Position numbers and translations under genes: made by a program. The notes under the pieces are model-generated. The model had not been told where the DNA came from. It searched no databases and was given only the letters and a program-made list of their open reading frames with translations. Below are positions 24,852-32,000 of a stretch of 32,000 bases of DNA, piece by piece. This DNA comes from Geobacter sulfurreducens PCA. Lineage in GTDB: Bacteria; Desulfobacterota; Desulfuromonadia; Geobacterales; Geobacteraceae. The stretch lies in NCBI RefSeq assembly GCF_000007985.2, contig NC_002939.5:450001-482000 (forward strand), given 5' to 3'. Within the stretch, counting starts at the first letter, position 1. The number at the start of each line of letters is the position of its first letter.

Positions 24852-25017
24852 CCTGAATAAGCAGTTGAAACACAGAGCAACAGAGCAAAATCTGGAAGAG
24901 CCTCCGTTCAAGTTCAACTTCGCCTCTTGATGGCATAAGGCAGAATGTTACCGACGCGCTGAATTCTCTGCTACCCTGCGTTATTGCCGCAGTTTAATCC
25001 CATGACTGGAGTTTTCC

Positions 25018-26163
25018 TTGCCTCTGCAACCCGCTTCACCTGAGATCATCACCACCGTCGATGGAGTGCGCCGTCTTGCCGACCGCCTCGGGAGCGAGCC
25101 CATCGTGGCGTGCGACCTGGAAGCAGATTCCATGCACCACTATCAGGAGAAGGTCTGCCTGATCCAGTTCGCGGTACCCGGCTACGCCGCCATCGTCGAC
25201 CCCCTGGCAGCCCCGGACATCTCACCGCTGGCGCCGCTGTTTGCGAACGCCGCCATCCGCAAGGTCTTTCACGGGGCCGACTACGACATCCGCTCCCTCC
25301 ACCGGGATTTCGGCATAGAGGTGAACAATCTCTTCGACACCATGATTGCCTGTCAGCTGTTGGGCGAGCGGGAGTTCGGCCTGGCCGCCCAGCTGCGCAA
25401 GCGGTTCGGCGTGGAGTTGGACAAGCAGTACCAGCGGGCCGATTGGAGCAGGCGCCCTCTCACGGTGGGGATGATTGAGTATGCGGTGAAGGACACGACG
25501 CTCCTGATCGAGCTGTACCGGCAGCTGGTGGCCGAACTGGAGGAAAAGGGGCGACGCGGCTGGGTTGAGGAAGAGTGTGAGCTGCTGTCGCGGGTGCGGG
25601 TGGCGGAGCGGGGCGATGAGCCGTTCTTTCTCCGGTTCAAGGGGGCATCCCGGATGGACGGCCGGACCCTGGCGGTCCTGGAAGAACTTCTGCTGTTCCG
25701 CGACGGACGGGCCCGCCAGTTTGATGTACCGCCGTTCAAGGTGCTGGGTACCGATACCGTGCGTGAACTGGCTGAGCGGCGTCCTCGCCTCCCGGAGGAG
25801 CTGCAGGGAATCACCGGCCTGACGGACAAGGTCGCGGCCCGCTACGGCGAAGGGATTCTGCGTGCCGTCGAACGGGGGTGCGCGGTACCGGCGCAGCAGT
25901 TGCCGGCGTATCCCCGGGAGGAGCGTCGCAAAATGGAGCGGGGGGAAGAAGATCGGCTGAAGCGGCTCAAGGAATGGCGGACCGAAGAGGCGGGACGGCT
26001 CGGCATCGAGCCGGGCTACATCGCCAACAACGCTCTGCTGGAACTGGTGGCCGTCAAGGCCCCGCGCACCATGGGGGACCTGGAGGCTCTGCCCCCCATG
26101 CGCTGCTGGCAGCGCAGCGAGTTCGGCGAACAGATCCTGTCCATCGTGAGCCCGAGGCGCTGA
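25018..26163 (+). CDS. rnd: Ribonuclease D (DEDD 3'-5' exonuclease plus HRDC domain)
   Basis: TTG start 6 nt after GGAG. Exo motifs VACDLEADSMHHY, FHGADYDIRSLHRDFG and YAVKDTTLL. The C-terminal HRDC-like segment is RLKEWRTEEAGRLGIEPGYIANNALLELVA. Confidence 0.9.
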   Translation: MPLQPASPEIITTVDGVRRLADRLGSEPIVACDLEADSMHHYQEKVCLIQFAVPGYAAIVDPLAAPDISPLAPLFANAAIRKVFHGADYDIRSLHRDFGIEVNNLFDTMIACQLLGEREFGLAAQLRKRFGVELDKQYQRADWSRRPLTVGMIEYAVKDTTLLIELYRQLVAELEEKGRRGWVEEECELLSRVRVAERGDEPFFLRFKGASRMDGRTLAVLEELLLFRDGRARQFDVPPFKVLGTDTVRELAERRPRLPEELQGITGLTDKVAARYGEGILRAVERGCAVPAQQLPAYPREERRKMERGEEDRLKRLKEWRTEEAGRLGIEPGYIANNALLELVAVKAPRTMGDLEALPPMRCWQRSEFGEQILSIVSPRR

Positions 26164-26235
26164 CGGCACATCGCAAACAAACTCTGTCGTTCCGGCGGCT
26201 CTGCGGCGAAGCTTCAATCGTACCATGCCCGACGT

Positions 26236-26294
26236 AGCCCTGTTGCTCAGTCGCGCCAGGGCTGCTCGCTGCAGGGCATGGGCTGGCCCTGCAG
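26236..26294. terminator. Twin hairpins between convergent rnd and the zinc-ribbon gene
   Basis: AGCCCTG (26236-26242) pairs with CAGGGCT (26257-26263), and CTGCAGGGC (26269-26277) pairs with GCCCTGCAG (26286-26294). The second has a perfect 9-bp stem and ends 6 nt from the minus-strand stop. No U-tracts. Confidence 0.4.
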
Positions 26295-26300
26295 AAATGT

Positions 26301-27023
26301 CTACTTCTCCTCCTCTCCGGCATCGCCGAAGAGGGAGTCAAAATCGGTCCCCGGAAAACTTTCAACTCCCGCCTCCGGCCCCTTGGGGGCGGCAGGCGTC
26401 GTCGCCGTTTTCGTCTCCTTATCGTCCCAACTGAAGCTTTCCAGGTCAAAGTCGCCGGCTGCGGCCGGTTCTGCCGCGGGCGCGGGTGTATCTCCGAACC
26501 CGCCGAAGCTGTCAGTCGGCACTTCCCAGGGGCTTTCCATCTCCGGCACCTGCGCGGCGCCGGGCGCGGCAGCCGTTATCTCACTGTTGTCGCCGGTTTC
26601 CAGGAGCGTCGCGAAATCATCGGTGCCGGCGTCGGCATCAGTGGTTGAGGGAGCGGGTACGGCGGGTGCCGCAGGGGTGTCGTCGAAGGAAAAGTCGCCC
26701 AGGTCAAGCCCGGCGGATGCCGGCTCAGCCGGCGCCGGTGACGGTGAGAGCCCCAGGTCCAGGTCGGAGAAGATGTCGTCCCCCGGCTTGAAAGACTCCG
26801 GCGCCGCAGGGACTTCCCAGGTGAAGCTTTCTTCGGCATTCGCAGCGTTTGCTGCCGACGGCGCCGCAACGGCGACGGCCGGTGCCGCTACGGTCAGTCC
26901 CGCCAAGGGGAGCACCACGGCCCGGATACCGTGGGTCTGCTTGAAGGCGGAGAGATCGTGGCTGCACTTCTTGCAGTTATCGAGGAATTCGAAGCTGTTG
27001 TAGCCGCACTTGGGACATTTCAT
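26301..27023 (-). CDS. Zinc-ribbon protein with long acidic, Ala/Pro-rich tail carrying repeated aromatic-acidic motifs
   Basis: AAGGAG RBS 7 nt before the ATG. N-terminal CPKC-x13-CKKC ribbon. The tail contains ESFTWEVP, DFSFDD, ESPWEVP, ESFSWDD and DFDSLFGD. Preferred over the near-coextensive plus-strand ORF 26278-27003, which has no RBS or motif. Confidence 0.7.
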   Translation of the reverse strand: MKCPKCGYNSFEFLDNCKKCSHDLSAFKQTHGIRAVVLPLAGLTVAAPAVAVAAPSAANAANAEESFTWEVPAAPESFKPGDDIFSDLDLGLSPSPAPAEPASAGLDLGDFSFDDTPAAPAVPAPSTTDADAGTDDFATLLETGDNSEITAAAPGAAQVPEMESPWEVPTDSFGGFGDTPAPAAEPAAAGDFDLESFSWDDKETKTATTPAAPKGPEAGVESFPGTDFDSLFGDAGEEEK

Positions 27024-27062
27024 CGTGGGAACTCCTTGTGCGGCCGGCTTCGATGCTGGCCG

Positions 27063-27845
27063 CTATGGTATCGGTTGCGCCGGGGCGGGGCGGGGATGCG
27101 GCCCGCTGCCCAGGTCTCCGTACAGGTATTGCAGTATCGCCACCAGGGCGATGCCGGCGGTTTCGGTTCTGAGAATCCGACGGCCGAGGGTGACGGGAAC
27201 GAATCCCGCCTCCCGGGCCTCGGCTGCCTCGGCCGCCGTGAATCCCCCCTCGGGGCCCACCACCACGGCGATGCGTTTCGGTGTCTGCGCTGCGGCCAGG
27301 ACTCCGGCGAGGGTCGTGGTCCGTTCGTCCTCCCAGAGCAGAAGCTTCAGGTCGTGGTCCGTTCCCCGAACCGCCTCGGTCAGCCCCCGCGCCAGTTGTA
27401 CCCGGGGTACTGCTGGACATCCAGCCTGGCGGGCTGCCTCTTCGGCCACCCGTTGCCAGCGCCGTAACCGCTCCTGCTCCCGCTCCGGCGAAATGCGGGG
27501 GACCGAGCGCTCGGCCAGGAAGGGAACCACTTCGGATACGCCGAGTTCAGTGGATTTCTGCAAGATGAGTTCCATTTTGTCGCCTTTGGGCAGACCCTGG
27601 CAGAGGGTGAGCCAGAGGCCGTCTCCATCCCCCCTGATCTGCCGCCGCTCGCTGATGGTCACCGTCAGGCTGTCTCGTCCCATGGCCGTGATGACTCCCG
27701 TGCACTCGGCCTCTTTCCCATCCGCGAGAATGACCTCGGTGTCAATTTTTAGACGAAGCGACCGGGCCATGTGACGAAAAAGGTCCCCCCGCACAACCAC
27801 GTTTTTACCCGACAGATCAAGGCCCGTGACGATAAACCGGCGCAT
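27063..27845 (-). CDS. rsmE: 16S rRNA (uracil1498-N3)-methyltransferase RsmE
   Basis: Start at ATG 27845-27843 (MRRFIV...), 2 nt after the prmA stop. PUA-like N-terminal part, then LCQGLPKGDKMELILQKSTELGV and VVVGPEGGFTAAE...LGRRILRTETAG, which is the SPOUT knot motif of RsmE. Confidence 0.9.
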   Translation of the reverse strand: MRRFIVTGLDLSGKNVVVRGDLFRHMARSLRLKIDTEVILADGKEAECTGVITAMGRDSLTVTISERRQIRGDGDGLWLTLCQGLPKGDKMELILQKSTELGVSEVVPFLAERSVPRISPEREQERLRRWQRVAEEAARQAGCPAVPRVQLARGLTEAVRGTDHDLKLLLWEDERTTTLAGVLAAAQTPKRIAVVVGPEGGFTAAEAAEAREAGFVPVTLGRRILRTETAGIALVAILQYLYGDLGSGPHPRPAPAQPIP

Positions 27846-27847
27846 GC

Positions 27848-28747
27848 TCACCCCTCGTTCCGGTATACGAGACAACTCCATTCCCCTTCCCGGGAGACTG
27901 CCACCAGCGCGAGACCGCTCCGGCCGAATCCCTCGACGACGAAGGCTTCCCGCTCCGTGAGGATGCCCGAGAGGATCAGGTGCCCGCCAGCCGCGACCTT
28001 TGCGGCCAAGTCCCCGGCCATGCGGACCAGGTCTTCGGCCAGAATGTTGGCCAGCACCACATCGAAGCGTCCCGGAATCAGGGCCAGGGGGGTGGTGACC
28101 AGTTCAACCTCAACGCCGTTGAGCGCGCAGTTCTCCCCGGCCACGATCACGGCGTCCGGGTCGATATCGGTGCCGATCACCTGCCGGGCCCCCAGCCGGA
28201 CGGCCGCGATGGCCAGGATGCCCGACCCGGTTCCCACGTCGAGTACCCTGTCGGGGCGCCCGAGCGTTTCCAGGGCCTCCAGGCAGAGTCGCGTGGTGGG
28301 GTGCGTGCCGGTGCCGAAGGCCATGCCGGGGTCCAGCTCGATGACTTGGTCTCCCGGTTCTGGGGCGAACGGTTCCCACGTAGGCTTGATGACCAGATGA
28401 CGGCCGATGCGGGTGGGGACGAAGTGCTGGCGCCAGCCGGTGGCCCAGTCTTCGTCGCGGATGAGGGTGACGGTGGGGGCGGGGATGGGGGCGCCGCCGA
28501 AGGCGGCTGCGTTGTCACCAAGGAACCGCTCGATCTGGGCGATCTGCCCTGCCATGTCCGTTGCCGGATCGAAGTAGGCCCGCACGGTTGCGGTGTCCAG
28601 TTCCTCGATGCCGTCCAGGGTGAAGGTGTCAAGCGCCCGGTTGTCGATGCTGACGCCATTGCCGGAGAGCTCCACGAGAAAATCGGCCAGCAGGTCGACC
28701 AGTCCGGCCGGGACCTGGCAGCAAACTTCGGCCCATTGTTTATCCAT
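27848..28747 (-). CDS. prmA: Ribosomal protein L11 methyltransferase PrmA
   Basis: Has WRQHFVPTRIG, LDPGMAFGTGTHPTT, the SAM motif VLDVGTGSGILAIAA, and GTDIDPDAV. Confidence 0.93.
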   Translation of the reverse strand: MDKQWAEVCCQVPAGLVDLLADFLVELSGNGVSIDNRALDTFTLDGIEELDTATVRAYFDPATDMAGQIAQIERFLGDNAAAFGGAPIPAPTVTLIRDEDWATGWRQHFVPTRIGRHLVIKPTWEPFAPEPGDQVIELDPGMAFGTGTHPTTRLCLEALETLGRPDRVLDVGTGSGILAIAAVRLGARQVIGTDIDPDAVIVAGENCALNGVEVELVTTPLALIPGRFDVVLANILAEDLVRMAGDLAAKVAAGGHLILSGILTEREAFVVEGFGRSGLALVAVSREGEWSCLVYRNEG

Positions 28748-28834
28748 GCCTGTACCTCGGTAAGTTTGAGTCTGCCGGGGGGGTGGCAGGGTGTGCTAAC
28801 GTACCAAAACTAAAAGATTATGACAATAAAAACC

Positions 28835-28863
28835 TTGACAAACCGTCTGGTCTGGGTTCTAAT
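28835..28863 (+). promoter_or_regulatory. Sigma-70-type promoter candidate for the M20 amidohydrolase gene
   Basis: TTGACA (28835-28840), 17 nt spacer, TCTAAT (28858-28863). Lies inside the false N-terminal extension of track ORF 28820. Confidence 0.4.
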
Positions 28864-28891
28864 TCTCATTAAAATAGATTCGGTGGACTCC

Positions 28892-30055
28892 ATGGATCTG
28901 GAACAAATCAAACAGGAACTGGTTGCGTTTGTCGATGCCCGGCGCGACGACTTTATCCATGTATCGGAGGAGTTGTTCCACAATCCCGAGACAGGTCTCA
29001 ACGAGGTGCGAAGCGCGGCTCTGCTGGCCGATCGTCTGGAAGCCGAGGGATTTCGGGTGGCCCGCGGGGTAGCGGGGCTGCCCACGGCGTTCCGGGCCGA
29101 TTCCGGTGAAAAGGGACCGACCGTCGGCATTATCGCCGAGATGGATGCCCTGCCCGGGCTTGGCCACGCCTGTGGTCACAACGTGATCGCGGCGGCGGCT
29201 CTGGGCGCCGCCATCGCCCTGCGCCGCGTGCTTCCCGCCGACGCGGCGCGCCTCGTGGTCCTGGGCACGCCGGCGGAGGAGATCGGGGTCGGCAAGGTTG
29301 AGATGATCCGGCACGGCATCTTCGACGATGTGGAGTTCGCCATGATGGTGCATCCCTCGTCCCGGCGATACGTCATCAAGCACTACCTCGGGCTTGCCAA
29401 GATCCGGTTCGTCTTCCTGGGCAAACCGGCCCACGCTGCCGCCTATCCCGAAGAGGGGATCAATGCCCTTGACGGCGTGATCCAGGCCTTCAACGCAGTC
29501 AATGCGCTGCGTCAGCAACTTCGGCAGGACGTGCGGGTCCACGGCATCATCCCCGAAGGGGGTGTCGCGCCGAATATCATCCCCGAGAGGGCATCGGCGT
29601 TTTTCTACGTGCGGGCCGACGACATGGCGGAACTGGAGCGGGTGAGGGAGCGGGTCATCGCCTGTGCCCGGGGTGCCGCCACCGCCACCGGCTGCAGGCT
29701 GGAGATCGAGGAGGACCCGCGAGTCATGGCCCCCCTCAAGGTGAATTACCGCTTTTCGGATCTCTATGCCGAACAGCTGGCGTATCTGGGGTTGGAGCTT
29801 TCCGAGAGCAGGCCCGACAGGAACAAGGGGTCGTCGGATATCGGCAACGTCTCCCAGATCATGCCGACCATCCATCCCCACGTTCCCATCGGAGAGGGGA
29901 TCAATATTCACAGTGACGCCTTTGCCCGGGCCACGGTCTCGGCCCAAGGGAAAGCCGCCGTCGTGGAAGGGGCAACCGCCCTGGCCCTGACCGCTGCCGA
30001 ACTGATCGCTCGCCCGGAGCTGCGGGAAGAGATCCTTTGCGAGTTTCGCCGCTGA
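28892..30055 (+). CDS. M20-family amidohydrolase (AbgB/HipO-like metallopeptidase)
   Basis: Start moved to ATG 28892, where family similarity begins (EELFHNPETGLNE). Metal-site block IIAEMDALPGLGHACGHNVIAAAALGAA, plus GTPAEE. Confidence 0.88.
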   Translation: MDLEQIKQELVAFVDARRDDFIHVSEELFHNPETGLNEVRSAALLADRLEAEGFRVARGVAGLPTAFRADSGEKGPTVGIIAEMDALPGLGHACGHNVIAAAALGAAIALRRVLPADAARLVVLGTPAEEIGVGKVEMIRHGIFDDVEFAMMVHPSSRRYVIKHYLGLAKIRFVFLGKPAHAAAYPEEGINALDGVIQAFNAVNALRQQLRQDVRVHGIIPEGGVAPNIIPERASAFFYVRADDMAELERVRERVIACARGAATATGCRLEIEEDPRVMAPLKVNYRFSDLYAEQLAYLGLELSESRPDRNKGSSDIGNVSQIMPTIHPHVPIGEGINIHSDAFARATVSAQGKAAVVEGATALALTAAELIARPELREEILCEFRR

Positions 30056-30126
30056 GACCCCTGCAATCCCCTCATTCGCTCGCGCCTGGGGGAAAAAGGA
30101 AAAAGCCTCAAGGAACGGTCATTTTT

Positions 30127-30154
30127 TTGCCTTGCGGAAAAAAGATGGTATACC
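30127..30154 (+). promoter_or_regulatory. Weak sigma-70-type promoter candidate upstream of the DUF299 gene
   Basis: TTGCCT (30127-30132), 16 nt spacer, TG-n-TATACC (30149-30154). Confidence 0.25.
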
Positions 30155-30191
30155 TTAATGAAAAATCGCTTGAGCCGGTGCCGGGACTGAT

Positions 30192-31001
30192 ATGAAGAGG
30201 AGCATCAAGCACATTTATCTGCTATCTGATGCCACGGGTGAAACCGTGGAGCGGGTCGTGCGCGCAGCCCTTTCCCAGTTCCGGGACGTTGAGGCGCGCT
30301 TCCACCGGGTAACGAGGATCAGGAGCCGCGAGGATGTGATCTGGGCGCTGGAGGAGGTGCTGCGCGAGCCGGGGATGGTCGTTTACACCCTGGTCGACAC
30401 GGAGCTGGCCCAACTGCTGCGGGACGAGGCCGAAGCCCACGGGCTTGACGCGATCGACCTGATCAGCCCGCTCCTGTTCAAGCTGTCTGACTTCTTCGGC
30501 GAAGCACCCCAGAAGGAACCGGGGCTCCTCCACCAGATCAACTCCGAATACCACAAACGGGTCGATGCCGTCGACTTCACCGTGAAGCACGACGACGGCC
30601 AGGACCCGAGGGGGCTGGCTAAGGCGGATTTCATTCTGGTGGGGGTGTCGCGCTCGTCCAAGACGCCCCTCTCCATGTACCTGGCCCACAAGGGGTACAA
30701 GGTGGCCAACGTCCCCATCGTAAAGGGGATCGATCCGCCGCCGGAGCTCTACAAGGTGGACCAGAAACGGGTGGTAGGCCTGATCATCGATGCCGAGCGG
30801 CTCGTGCAGATCCGCACCGCCCGCCTGAGGAACCTGGGGCAGATGCCCAAAGGGAGCTATGCCGATTACGAACGGATCGAAGAGGAGCTGGAATTCTGCC
30901 GCAGGCTCTACCGACGCAATCCCCAGTGGCTGGTCATTGATGTGACGAAGAAGTCGGTGGAGGAGTCCGCGGCCGAGATCATACAAAAACTCGCTGGTTG
31001 A
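30192..31001 (+). CDS. Bifunctional kinase/pyrophosphorylase regulator of PEP synthase / pyruvate-phosphate dikinase (DUF299, PpsR/PDRP family)
   Basis: Has [23 protein letters not shown] and the P-loop-like [30 protein letters not shown]. 269 aa. Confidence 0.9.
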   Translation: MKRSIKHIYLLSDATGETVERVVRAALSQFRDVEARFHRVTRIRSREDVIWALEEVLREPGMVVYTLVDTELAQLLRDEAEAHGLDAIDLISPLLFKLSDFFGEAPQKEPGLLHQINSEYHKRVDAVDFTVKHDDGQDPRGLAKADFILVGVSRSSKTPLSMYLAHKGYKVANVPIVKGIDPPPELYKVDQKRVVGLIIDAERLVQIRTARLRNLGQMPKGSYADYERIEEELEFCRRLYRRNPQWLVIDVTKKSVEESAAEIIQKLAG

Positions 31002-31048
31002 AGAACCCGTCCCGATGAGCGGAGACGGAGTTAAGAAAGGAGCGCTCA

Positions 31049-31723
31049 ATGAAGGTTCTCGTGGTCGAAGATGAGAAGAAGGTGTCCAGCTTCATCAAGC
31101 GGGGGCTCGAGGAAGAGAAGTACGAGGTCGATGCCGCGTTCAACGGCGAGGAAGGGCTCAAGATGGCCCTGGACAAGGGCTACGATCTGATCGTTCTCGA
31201 CGTGATGCTGCCCAAAAAGGATGGTCTCAGCGTGGTACGTGAGCTCCGGGAGCGCAAGAACAGCACACCGGTTCTGATGCTGACAGCCAAGGACTCGGTG
31301 GAGGATATCGTGGCCGGTCTCGATTCGGGTTCCGACGACTACCTGACCAAGCCCTTCGCTTTTGCTGAGCTTCTGGCCCGGGTCCGGGCCTTGGTGCGTC
31401 GCAGCGAGCAGGATCGCGGGGCAGAGATCCGCTTTGCTGATCTGCGGCTCGACCCGGTGACCCACAAGGTCTGGCGCAAGGACAAAGAGATCGACCTCAC
31501 CGCCAAGGAGTATTCGCTGCTCGAGTACTTCATGCGGAACCCCAACCAGGTCCTTACCCGCACCATGATCGCCGAGCACGTGTGGGACTACACCTTTGAC
31601 AGCTTCACCAATATCATTGACGTCTACGTCAACTACCTGCGCAAGAAGATCGACCGGGAGTCCGACAAGAAGCTCATCCACACCGTCCGCGGCGTGGGCT
31701 ATATCCTGAAGGAGGAGGATTGA
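31049..31723 (+). CDS. OmpR-family response regulator (CusR/CopR-like heavy-metal type)
   Basis: Receiver domain MKVLVVEDE...DLIVLDVMLPKKDG...LMLTAKD...DDYLTKPF, followed by a winged-helix output LTAKEYSLLEYFMRNPNQVLTR...VRGVGYIL. Confidence 0.93.
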   Translation: MKVLVVEDEKKVSSFIKRGLEEEKYEVDAAFNGEEGLKMALDKGYDLIVLDVMLPKKDGLSVVRELRERKNSTPVLMLTAKDSVEDIVAGLDSGSDDYLTKPFAFAELLARVRALVRRSEQDRGAEIRFADLRLDPVTHKVWRKDKEIDLTAKEYSLLEYFMRNPNQVLTRTMIAEHVWDYTFDSFTNIIDVYVNYLRKKIDRESDKKLIHTVRGVGYILKEED

Positions 31724-31726
31724 TCG

Positions 31727-32000
31727 TTGTTTTTCAGGTCAATCCGCTTTTCGCTCACCCTTTGGTATGCGGTGACGCTCGCGGTCATTTTGGTTCTGTT
31801 CAGCTCGTTCATCTACCTGGTTCTGAGCAATCAGCTCAACAAGGGGATTGATCGTGAACTGCTGACCGTGGCCGAGGCCGTTGCAAGCCCGACTCTGGAG
31901 CCTTTCCGCCATGCCGCTCCGTCGGTCTTCGACCAGGTGCTCGAAGACTTCATCGGCACGCGCCTGACGGGCAAGCACGTCCAGGTGCTCGACGGCTCCG
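31727..32000 (+). CDS. Sensor histidine kinase, N-terminal part (3' truncated by window edge)
   Basis: Not in the ORF track. TTG at 31727 lies 8-10 nt after GGAGGAGGA and 3 nt after the regulator stop. The frame is open to the window end. The translation FFRSIRFSLTLWYAVTLAVILVLFSSFIYLVLSNQL is the typical opening TM segment of CusS-like kinases. Confidence 0.7.
   Translation, partial: MFFRSIRFSLTLWYAVTLAVILVLFSSFIYLVLSNQLNKGIDRELLTVAEAVASPTLEPFRHAAPSVFDQVLEDFIGTRLTGKHVQVLDGS

Noticed and set aside
24871-24908. Resemblance to a GEMM-I (c-di-GMP-I) riboswitch: CACAGAGCAA against CACAGGGCAAA, and AGCCTCCG as in the Vc2 aptamer
   Set aside because: I could not fold the flanking sequence into the required two-hairpin P1/P2 architecture with tetraloop and receptor. 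An 8-nt identity between sequences of these lengths is expected by chance at roughly 0.2 occurrences. A cmscan with RF01051 would settle it.
26278-27003. 241-aa plus-strand ORF almost coextensive with the zinc-ribbon gene
   Set aside because: It has no RBS and an S/A/G/P-rich translation without motifs. The minus-strand frame has an AAGGAG RBS, a CxxC...CxxC ribbon and repeated motifs. Strand choice should still be confirmed by comparative analysis.

Overview
High-GC bacterial chromosome segment. Gene content and order resemble a Geobacter/Desulfuromonadales genome; that attribution is from memory and cannot be verified here. The window is densely coded with many 1-4 nt start/stop overlaps. 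Left to right: (1) 3' end of flgE, then a sigma-54-type promoter and the flagellar export operon fliL-fliM-fliN-fliO-fliP-fliQ-fliR-flhB, which stops without flhA. (2) A convergent SH3b lipoprotein gene. (3) An AT-rich, palindrome-rich control region followed by a tight six-gene type VI secretion sub-operon, tssJ-tssK-tssE-tssF-tssG-clpV. It encodes baseplate wedge, OM lipoprotein and recycling ATPase only; there are no sheath, tube, spike, tssL/M or tssA genes on either flank. (4) A convergent Cys-rich PP-loop ATPase. (5) A PilB/GspE-like protein with tandem MshEN-type motifs and a visibly degenerate ATPase core, cotranscribed with a canonical pilT. (6) tRNA-Pro(CGG) with its own promoter and terminator. 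(7) A translationally coupled menaquinone (futalosine-type) block: UbiD-like, unknown lipoprotein, UbiA-like, ubiX and two MqnE/MqnC-family radical SAM genes. (8) rnd. (9) Minus-strand prmA-rsmE plus a zinc-ribbon/acidic-repeat protein. (10) M20 amidohydrolase, DUF299 (PpsR-like) regulator, and an OmpR-family response regulator with the 5' end of its sensor kinase. No CRISPR array, IS element, integrase or rRNA was seen. The items most worth follow-up are the orphan T6SS baseplate/ClpV module with its regulatory region, the MshEN pseudo-ATPase/PilT pair, the unknown lipoprotein embedded in the quinone operon, and the zinc-ribbon acidic-repeat protein. All family calls come from reading the translated sequences by eye; no database search was run.
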